DNA of 64,000 nucleotides from an uncultured Candidatus Saccharibacteria bacterium. GTDB taxonomy: Bacteria; Patescibacteriota; Saccharimonadia; Saccharimonadales; Saccharimonadaceae. Made by a program: the position numbers and the translations under genes. Below, one piece after another: positions 9,807 through 20,016 of the stretch (position 1 is its first letter; the number at the start of each line of letters is the position of its first letter). The stretch covers positions 37,182 through 101,181 of the forward strand of contig CAUQFZ010000001.1 in the NCBI GenBank assembly GCA_963517665.1, written 5' to 3'. The notes beneath the pieces were generated by a model. It was not told the origin of the DNA and did not search any database. It saw nothing but the letters and a program-made list of their open reading frames with translations.

Positions 9807-10645
9807 TACACCAGTTTGCAAGCAGTCTGCATATTTCAGTGAAAGCAGATGAAATATTACAGGTTGGCGGTATTTCCATCACCAACTCTCACCTGTTGGG
9901 TGCTTTGGGATTATTGGTTTTGGCATGGATCATGCTACGAACACGCGCGGCAGCACTGGGTAAAAAGAAGCCTAACTTTGTGACGCGTTTGGTTAACTGG
10001 ACGTTTGATGGCTTGTACGGCACGGTCAAACAGGTTATCCAAGATGACGTTTGGGCGGCGCGAGTGGCGCCATTGACTATCACTATATTTTTCTTTGTGA
10101 TAGCGCAGTACTGGTTGGGGCTGTTGCCTTTTGTTGGCCCAGTCACTGTTGGCGAGCATGGCACTCCCCTGTTTCGTGGCGGTGTGGCTGATTTGAACAT
10201 GACGTTTGGACTGGCTATCATCACTATCATCGCGGCGCAAGTCTATGCGTTCCGCTACTTGGGATTCCGTGGCAATATGGGGCGATATTTCGTCAATCCG
10301 CTGAAAGATCCAATCATGTCATTTGTCGGTATTTTGGAGTTGGTAGCAGAGTTTTCGCGCTTGCTGGGACTGAGCTTTCGTCTGTTCGGTAATGTGCTGG
10401 CAGGCGAAGTATTGCTGATTATGATCGCGTATCTAACAAAGTACGCTTCACCAGCAATGCTACAGCCGTTCTATTTGTTCGAACTATTCATCGGTGGTAT
10501 TCAGGCGTACATTTTCTTCATGTTGTCAACGGTATTTATTTCCCTGGGACTCACTCCTCACGGCGACCACAACGAGTCCAGCCATGCGCATGTTCATTCC
10601 CCTGTTGATATTTCAAAGAAAATGACAGAGAATGAAAATAAGTAG
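9803..10645 (+). CDS. atpB: ATP synthase Fo subunit a
   Basis: ADLNMT, LSFRLFGNVLAGE, IQAYIF. Confidence 0.96.
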   Translation: MIHQFASSLHISVKADEILQVGGISITNSHLLGALGLLVLAWIMLRTRAAALGKKKPNFVTRLVNWTFDGLYGTVKQVIQDDVWAARVAPLTITIFFFVIAQYWLGLLPFVGPVTVGEHGTPLFRGGVADLNMTFGLAIITIIAAQVYAFRYLGFRGNMGRYFVNPLKDPIMSFVGILELVAEFSRLLGLSFRLFGNVLAGEVLLIMIAYLTKYASPAMLQPFYLFELFIGGIQAYIFFMLSTVFISLGLTPHGDHNESSHAHVHSPVDISKKMTENENK

Positions 10646-10676
10646 TTAAGTAATAATTATAAGGAGAATATCAACC

Positions 10677-10889
10677 ATGGAAGCATTAGCTTTTGCCTTA
10701 ACTTACGCAATCCCAGCAGCCTTCGCAGCAATTGGTGCCGCAATGATCGGTGCTGCAGCGATGAACGCCGCAGGTCGCAACCCAGAGAAGATTAATGACT
10801 TGCGTACCATGATGATTCTTGGTATTTCATTTATCGACGCCTTGGCGATTATCGGTTTCGTGGCTGCCATCGTCGGTAAGGTTATGTAA
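10677..10889 (+). CDS. atpE: ATP synthase Fo subunit c
   Basis: 70-aa hairpin, GRNPE loop, FIDA carboxylate; AAGGAG RBS. Confidence 0.96.
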   Translation: MEALAFALTYAIPAAFAAIGAAMIGAAAMNAAGRNPEKINDLRTMMILGISFIDALAIIGFVAAIVGKVM

Positions 10890-10903
10890 TTTAGAGGTAA
10901 ATT

Positions 10904-11452
10904 GTGGAAAGATTGGTAACACAATTTGCGAGTGCTGAAGCTCACGCAGCTGATAAGGCTGATTTGTTTGGTTCTTTGGGGATCGACTGGAAGCTGTTGA
11001 TTCTACAGTCGGTGGCATTTTTGGTATTGCTGTTTGTGTTGAGCAAATGGGTATATCCGCCACTAGCAGCGATGCTGGACAAGCGTGATAAAGACCTTCG
11101 AACGGCCGAAAAAGCCGCCAGATCAGCGCGTGAAAATGCTGACAAGACTGAGAAAATGATCAACGCATCGATGCGTAAAGCGCGAGCGGAAGCACGTGAC
11201 ATCGTTGCTTCAGCCAGGAATGAAGCAACGGAAATCGTTGAAGCCGCAGCCAAGAAAGCCGAAACACGAGCCGACGGCATCATCGAGGCGGCTCGGACAG
11301 AAATTGCTGGTGAAGTTGCGGCTGCGCGCCAAGCGTTGCATAACGAAACATTGCAATTGGTGGCTGAGGCAACCGGCACCTTGGTGAACGAGAAATTGGA
11401 CGCTAAAAAAGACGGCAAATTGATCGAGAAAGCTTTGAAGGAGGCGCGCTAA
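10904..11452 (+). CDS. atpF: ATP synthase Fo subunit b
   Basis: LGIDW..Q TM segment, PL..MLDKR, Ala-rich coiled coil; GTG start. Confidence 0.94.
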   Translation: MERLVTQFASAEAHAADKADLFGSLGIDWKLLILQSVAFLVLLFVLSKWVYPPLAAMLDKRDKDLRTAEKAARSARENADKTEKMINASMRKARAEARDIVASARNEATEIVEAAAKKAETRADGIIEAARTEIAGEVAAARQALHNETLQLVAEATGTLVNEKLDAKKDGKLIEKALKEAR

Positions 11453-11835
11453 TGCCTGCACGAACGTCGCGTCGTAAATTGGCTCGGTATGTGGCTGAAC
11501 GATTGTTAGACAACGACACCAAGGTTATGGACGAAGTAGCGGCGCTACTCAGCCATGAAAATCGTCAGCGTGAAGTCGACTTGTTGGTGCGTGATATTCA
11601 GACAGAACTGGCGGAGCGTGGCTTAACGGTGGCGACGGTTGAGTCAGCGCGCTCGTTGACTGATGAGGCGCGTTCGGCCATCATGACGCTACTCAAGAAA
11701 CCCCAGACGGCTGTTCAATTGAGCGAAGTTGTTCGCCCAGAACTCATCGGCGGTTTCAAGCTACGGACGCCAACTGCAACACTGGACGCAACGGTTTTGA
11801 AGAAGCTAAACGACTTGCGGGCGAAGAAAATCTAG
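11452..11835 (+). CDS. atpH: ATP synthase subunit delta (short form)
   Basis: ATVESA..L, PELIGG, LDATV; operon position. Confidence 0.9.
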   Translation: MPARTSRRKLARYVAERLLDNDTKVMDEVAALLSHENRQREVDLLVRDIQTELAERGLTVATVESARSLTDEARSAIMTLLKKPQTAVQLSEVVRPELIGGFKLRTPTATLDATVLKKLNDLRAKKI

Positions 11836-11843
11836 GAGGAAAA

Positions 11844-13370
<1,527 letters not shown>

Positions 13371-13373
13371 TCC

Positions 13374-14251
13374 ATGCCGAGTACTCGTGCGCTGAAAAAT
13401 CGCATTCGCTCGGTGGATTCGACCAAGCAAATCACCAAGGCGATGCAGTTGGTGGCGGCCAGCAAAATGCGCCGTTCGCAAGAGGCGGACAAGGCGTCAG
13501 CTCCCTACACCATGGCAGCCGAGGAGTTGCTGAGCTACCTGGCCAGTCAAGGTGCAACTGATAACCACCCGCTGTTTAAGCGCCGCAAAATTACTAAGCG
13601 TCTAATCATCGTCATCGCCAGCGACAAGGGTTTGGCTGGTGCGTACAATACTAATGTCTTGAAGAAATATCTGGAGCTGCTGAAGCGTGATGATGAGCGC
13701 GGCATTGAGAATTTGACCTTGACCGTTGGCCGCCGAGCTTCGCAATTTGCCTCGCGCTTGAAAGACACTGAGGTGATCGGTAGTTATGACAATTTGCCAG
13801 ACCAACCAACAGGACTGACTTTTCACACGATTTTAAACACCGCCATCGGTATGTTTGAAAATGGCGAGGTTGACGCGGTGACATTGGTGTATACGCGATT
13901 TGTGAATAGTATGGTGCAGACCGCAGAGCTGTCACGGTTGTTGCCAGCGGGAACCAAAGCCTTGATCGACCCAAGTGAAGTTTCGAACACGGTTTCCGAC
14001 GCTAAATACGAGCCAAGTATCCCAGAGGTACTGGACGCCGTCGCCTATCGTTTGACTGGCGCGCGACTGTTTCAGGCATTGCTGGACGCTCGTGCTAGTG
14101 AGCACTCCATGCGGATGATGGCCATGAAAAATGCAACGGATAATGCTTCTGACCTGGTTGACGATCTGACACTGGCGATGAACAAAGCCCGCCAGGGTGC
14201 GATCACGCAAGAGTTAGCGGAAATTTCTGGCGGCGTGGAGGCGATGGAACA

Positions 14252-14255
<4 letters not shown>
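13374..14255 (+). CDS. atpG: ATP synthase subunit gamma
   Basis: ITKAMQLVAASK, SDKGLAG, RMMAMKNATDNA, RQGAITQEL. Confidence 0.97.
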
Positions 14256-16043
<1,788 letters not shown>

Positions 16044-16047
16044 CCCG

Positions 16048-16467
16048 ATGAATTTGAAGCTAGTAACGCTCGGTGGTGTCAAGCTGGATGAGATGGTCTA
16101 CTCGGTGACCATTCCGACGATTGACGGCGAAATTTCGGTACTGCCGAGTCACGAGCCGCTGGTGACAGTGGCGAGGGACGGTGTCATCACCGTCCGCCGC
16201 ACCAAGGAGACGCAGGAAGAAGAATTCTTCGCTATCTCCGGCGGTGTGGTAGAGATTGATCAGACAGGCGTACGTATTTTAGTTGATGAAGCCGACCATG
16301 GTGACGACATCATCGAGGCAGAAACCCAGGCGGCACTAGAGCGAGCCATCGCAGCACGTGACAACGCTGACGACCAAATAGAACGCGAAAAGGCCAAACA
16401 GCTTATCGACCGACACTTAGTGCGGCTAAAGGTGGCTGATTTGCAGCGGCATAAGCGGCGACACTAG
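16048..16467 (+). CDS. atpC: ATP synthase subunit epsilon
   Basis: GEISVLPSHEPL, AISGG, C-terminal helices. Confidence 0.94.
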   Translation: MNLKLVTLGGVKLDEMVYSVTIPTIDGEISVLPSHEPLVTVARDGVITVRRTKETQEEEFFAISGGVVEIDQTGVRILVDEADHGDDIIEAETQAALERAIAARDNADDQIEREKAKQLIDRHLVRLKVADLQRHKRRH

Positions 16468-17330
16468 TAGCGATCGTTCATCACATCATTAATGTTGATA
16501 GCTAGGCAGGCGATGATTTTACGCATCGTCTGTCTTTTGCTGTGAGGAAATATATTGTCAATCTGATCATGATATGGCCGCAGGAATAGATCTTCAACCT
16601 GCTCTTCTGTTGGGTAGGGTGTTTGCTTGCCATATCGTGATAACGAGCTTAGATATAACGACAAATCTTCGCCAAATTTATATGGGTCGTTTTGTTTCTT
16701 TACACTAGTCAGGTCGATAATACGTGGCTGCTGGGTTATATCATAGGCTGTGTTCTTGACTTGAAAATCACCATGATGCAATCCTCGGTCATGGAGCATT
16801 ATGAGGCTTTGTGCCGCTATACCGAGTGTTAGAGATATACTAGAATCAGCAGGTCTTTGGCGCTCGTTATTTCCCCATAGAATGTTATCACAGCTTGTCA
16901 CGCCTTGTTCAAACTTTGTTATAGTGCAGATCTTATTCTTGCCCTGTTCATCTTCTTTTCGTAAAAAGCCGATTGGCTCGAATGTTACATGTCCGCCCTC
17001 ATTGAGTTTTATGGCTGTACGATAATCACGCGTGGCTAGCCATTCGACATCAAAAGGCTTGATGGCAACTGGTTGAGTGCTGAGTATCTCATTATCGCCT
17101 AATATAGACAGGTCTGCGAAATGTACTTTTTGTACGCTATTATCGCGTCCTGTTTCGTAATCTTCTCTTGGGCTAAGCATGGCGGCTGTCGTTGAAGAGT
17201 CTACGGTTTCATGATTGTCAGAAACTAATAACAGATGATCCATTGGTAGTTGCTGTAATCGGGGCGTTAAGCCCTTTGTTGTTTGCTCGGGATTGATAGA
17301 TGATAATGGAACTCTGCTAATTTCATCCAT
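16464..17330 (-). CDS. Protein-kinase-fold hypothetical protein
   Basis: VAIK, LHHGDFQVKN, IIDL; own TTGAAA-N17-TATAAT promoter. Confidence 0.7.
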   Translation of the reverse strand: MDEISRVPLSSINPEQTTKGLTPRLQQLPMDHLLLVSDNHETVDSSTTAAMLSPREDYETGRDNSVQKVHFADLSILGDNEILSTQPVAIKPFDVEWLATRDYRTAIKLNEGGHVTFEPIGFLRKEDEQGKNKICTITKFEQGVTSCDNILWGNNERQRPADSSISLTLGIAAQSLIMLHDRGLHHGDFQVKNTAYDITQQPRIIDLTSVKKQNDPYKFGEDLSLYLSSLSRYGKQTPYPTEEQVEDLFLRPYHDQIDNIFPHSKRQTMRKIIACLAININDVMNDRY

Positions 17331-17405
17331 ATTACTATTATACCATAAGCATTATATTTTTTCAAGCAATTTGCGTATAGCGCTAAGACTCTAATTAATA
17401 CTAAT

Positions 17406-17885
17406 CTAAATAGCGACGTCTTCCGTTGTCTCTTCTCTGTCTTCAGCGATGCCAAAAGTAACAGCCACGAATAGAGACAGAACTACTACAAACCCTGAGA
17501 TAATGGCGATAGCTTTTGATGTTTCAAATGAAATAGCGTTATTTGTATACACGGATAATGTTGAAAAGGTCTCTATGTCGCTAAAATCAGGCATTGCAAG
17601 GCCGCAGATAAATAATGAGATTGACATGACGATAAAGGAAACACGTACTATTGTGGTGAGATGGTCTTTTGATGCATGGCGTTTTTTCACTTGTCGGGAG
17701 ATGATTGCAAGACAGATACAGCTAACGATAAGTGCCCACGGGCCAAGTAGTGCTAGTACCCAACCGCCGATGCCAGTAATGAATCCGCGTGCGAGCGAGA
17801 ACCAGATAGCACTCGCCCATAATGCTATGACGATCCATGTGTCTATAGTCTGTTGTTTTTGCAGTCTTTGTTTTTTTGTTGTCAT
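17406..17885 (-). CDS. Hypothetical membrane protein (about 4 TM)
   Basis: Hydrophobic segments; TTGCAC-N17-TATACT inside the dus 3' end, 7 nt before the ATG. Confidence 0.72.
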   Translation of the reverse strand: MTTKKQRLQKQQTIDTWIVIALWASAIWFSLARGFITGIGGWVLALLGPWALIVSCICLAIISRQVKKRHASKDHLTTIVRVSFIVMSISLFICGLAMPDFSDIETFSTLSVYTNNAISFETSKAIAIISGFVVVLSLFVAVTFGIAEDREETTEDVAI

Positions 17886-17886
17886 G

Positions 17887-19002
17887 TCAATAAGTATAAT
17901 GTGGACGATCGTTGTGTGCAAGTATTGATCGCACCTCGTCGGTCGTCTTGGTGTGCATCAGCTGGTCGCGCAGTTCCTTGGCGCCGTCGAAATCGCGGAT
18001 GTAGATTTTGAAGAAGCGTTTGAGGGTTTCGAAGGGGCGACCGAGGGTTGATTGGTAGTGGTCAAAGAGGTCAAGGTGGTAATGTAATAGACATATAAGT
18101 TCCGATTTAACATTACCGCTCCCGTCGTCGCCGTCTGCGACGGCACGTAGGTCGCTAGACGCGGGTCCTGCTAGTCGGTCCGCCCCTTCTCCTGAAAAAT
18201 CAGAGATTTGTTCAGAAGTGGGTGCTGCCCCGCCGACTATCACCCGCTTATCCTCGATCTCTGAAGACACTCCGCCTTTCCGAAAGCAAAACGGATTACT
18301 GAAGATTCCCCGCCCGATCATGATGCCGTTGAGGCCTGGGTGGGCTCTGACTAATGCTTCGCCGTGGGCGCGGTCGCGGATGTCGCCGTTGATGGTTAGC
18401 AGCGTCTGCGGGGCGATTTCATCGCGTAGTTTGACAATGTTGTCGATGAGTTCGTAGTGTGCTGGGACTTTGCTCATCTCCTTTTTGGTGCGGAGGTGGA
18501 TGGTTAAGTTGGCGAGGTCCTGCGTCAGTAGCGTGCTCAGCCACTCTCGCCATTCGTCAACATACGTATAGCCCAGCCGAGTCTTCACACTAACTGGCAA
18601 CCCAGCAGTTTTAGCAGCGGCGATGGCAGCAACCGCTACGTCGGGTCGGCGAATCAGTGCGGCACCGCCTGATTTGATGGCGGATTTGGCGGGACAGCCC
18701 ATGTTGATGTCAATGCCGTCAAAGCCGAGCTCCATGCAGTGAGCGGCAAATTGTTCCATGTCGCCCGGCTCACCACCCCAGATTTGGGCGACCAATGGAT
18801 GTTCGTCGTCGGTCTTAATCAGTCGCCCAGCGATGGCCTTGTCGCCAGCATGTACCCAGCCGGTGGCATTGGCAAACTCGGTGAAAAACACGTCGGGGGC
18901 ACCCGCCCGCTTCACGACATGACGAAACACCACGTCAGTGACGGCTTCCATGGGTGCCAAGATGAAAAACGGCTGCGGTAGGTTGTCCCAAAATGATGTC
19001 AT
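17887..19002 (-). CDS. dus: tRNA-dihydrouridine synthase with an in-frame structured insert
   Basis: LAPMEAVTD, FTEF, DINMGCP, SVKTRLG, TIHLRT, NGDI, MIGRG. Confidence 0.94.
   Translation of the reverse strand: MTSFWDNLPQPFFILAPMEAVTDVVFRHVVKRAGAPDVFFTEFANATGWVHAGDKAIAGRLIKTDDEHPLVAQIWGGEPGDMEQFAAHCMELGFDGIDINMGCPAKSAIKSGGAALIRRPDVAVAAIAAAKTAGLPVSVKTRLGYTYVDEWREWLSTLLTQDLANLTIHLRTKKEMSKVPAHYELIDNIVKLRDEIAPQTLLTINGDIRDRAHGEALVRAHPGLNGIMIGRGIFSNPFCFRKGGVSSEIEDKRVIVGGAAPTSEQISDFSGEGADRLAGPASSDLRAVADGDDGSGNVKSELICLLHYHLDLFDHYQSTLGRPFETLKRFFKIYIRDFDGAKELRDQLMHTKTTDEVRSILAHNDRPHYTY
18110..18280. repeat. Palindromic in-frame insertion in dus (boundaries approximate)
   Basis: About 55 extra residues after NPFCF; nested stems GCGGGT/ACCCGC, TAGTCGG/CCGACTA, TGAA-AAATC-aga-GATTT-g-TTCA, GCCGTC/GACGGC. 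Confidence 0.55.
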
Positions 19003-19020
19003 CTCTGTTATTTTACCACA

Positions 19021-19064
19021 AAAAAGGAGAAAACCCCCTCACTCTCGCCATTGAGAATGAGGGG
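19021..19064 (-). terminator. Intrinsic terminator of the structured transcript
   Basis: CCCCUCAUUCUC-AAUGGC-GAGAGUGAGGGG followed by GUUUUCUCCUUUUUU. Confidence 0.7.
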
Positions 19065-19180
19065 CGCTGGTGGGCTCAAGCGGTTCTGCTCGGAGTTGAT
19101 CTCGACGGTGAGAAAAACTGCCACGAGTGAATCTCGCGAACCCGGGGAGGGAGAGATGACACGCCATTGTGCCATCTCAG

Positions 19181-19250
19181 TGGATGTGACGGGAGTCAAA
19201 CCCGCGAGACGGTGGACTTCGAATGTCCTGTCTCCCTACCTGGCACACCC
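19181..19250 (-). ncRNA. D-armless tRNA-like element with G3-U70 and A73
   Basis: GGGTGTG/CACATCC-A acceptor stem; T-arm GCGGG-TTTGACT-CCCGT; helix GAGAC..GGAC-ATTCGAA-GTCC..GTCTC. Confidence 0.6.
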
Positions 19251-19453
19251 TGACCATTCTGTGTTGAAAACATTGGTCTTCTCGATGTAGCGGTATACAC
19301 CCGCTTTGGTTTGTCGTACGCCATTGGACCACAAAACAAAGCTGAGAAGTCAATGAAACTCGGGCGGAGTGGTGGAAACACCCAAGTTTTTTCGCTTACA
19401 TACGGCTTCACACGGGTGATGAGTCCGTGTGACTGCGCATGCAACCGCGACGG

Positions 19454-19541
19454 CGGACACAGCGGGACTCGAACCCGCAGCCTCCCGTTGCGTCGACACC
19501 GTTGTCGACGCGGGCGCTCTGCCGATTAGAGCTATATGTCC
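19454..19541 (-). tRNA. tRNA-like gene with a 14-nt-extended anticodon arm (mimic or pseudo-tRNA; isotype unassignable)
   Basis: GGACATA/TGTGTCC; TA-GCTC-TAATCGGCA-GAGC; AGGCT variable loop; GCGGG-TTCGAGT-CCCGC; 31-nt anticodon arm. Confidence 0.7.
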
Positions 19542-19662
19542 TGTGATTCTTTTCTGGGCTACCAGCTGGGCGAATCACCCCAGGGGCGGACAGACGCCCT
19601 TTACTGACCGCGGAGGTCAGTGGTTTCGGGGTCGCACAAACCCCAACTGTCGTATTGTGGTG

Positions 19663-19791
19663 TTACACCATGAAATGCCCGCAGTATGGGCACTTAAACT
19701 GTGTACCGGCATCTCCAGGACGCCTATACGCAACATGGTGGTTTCTACCACTGCATGTCATTGCAGTGGTATAATCTCCGTAGCTATACAT
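19663..19791 (-). CDS. Putative 42-aa CPxCG zinc-finger microprotein
   Basis: Manual translation MYSYGDYTTAMTCSGRNHHVAYRRPGDAGTQFKCPYCGHFMV*. Confidence 0.45.
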   Translation of the reverse strand: MYSYGDYTTAMTCSGRNHHVAYRRPGDAGTQFKCPYCGHFMV

Positions 19792-19970
19792 TGATGCTAC
19801 GGGATAAGAGAAAAACACCAAGGGTTTCACCCCCTTCCCGCCGCAGTTGCGGCAAAAGAAAAAGAGCTAACCCTCTCTCGAACCATGCTTTTGTGCGAAG
19901 CATGGTCAGGACTTGACGCCATTTGCGGCGTCTTGTCGAGAGTTAGCTCCATGAACAAAAGCTAATAGAT

Positions 19971-19999
19971 ATCATAACACGAACTGTAAAAAATAGCAA
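19971..19999 (-). promoter_or_regulatory. Sigma70-type promoter
   Basis: TTGCTA-N17-TATGAT with an extended TG. Confidence 0.7.
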
Positions 20000-20016
20000 C
20001 AATATATGGAAAATAA

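Larger units (their letters stand above)
19021..19964 (-). ncRNA. Candidate large structured RNA with two tRNA-like domains
   Basis: No convincing long ORF; about 15 or more consecutive stems whose imperfect pairs are G-U on the minus strand; flanked by a promoter and a terminator. Confidence 0.65.

Noticed and set aside
19181..19541. True, split or permuted tmRNA
   Set aside because: Both acceptor strands lie within 70 nt, and I found no tag ORF, pseudoknot series or CCA
19008..19916. ORF-track ORFs of 63-121 aa on both strands of the structured region
   Set aside because: Mutually overlapping, no recognisable motifs or RBS; better explained by RNA structure
19039..19952. Three further 41-42-aa minus-strand ORFs (MELTLD..., MAYDKP..., MACHLS...), two starting at loop AUGs
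   Set aside because: The similar lengths are curious, but they share no sequence or motif and one runs through a tRNA-like unit; treated as coincidence pending Ribo-seq
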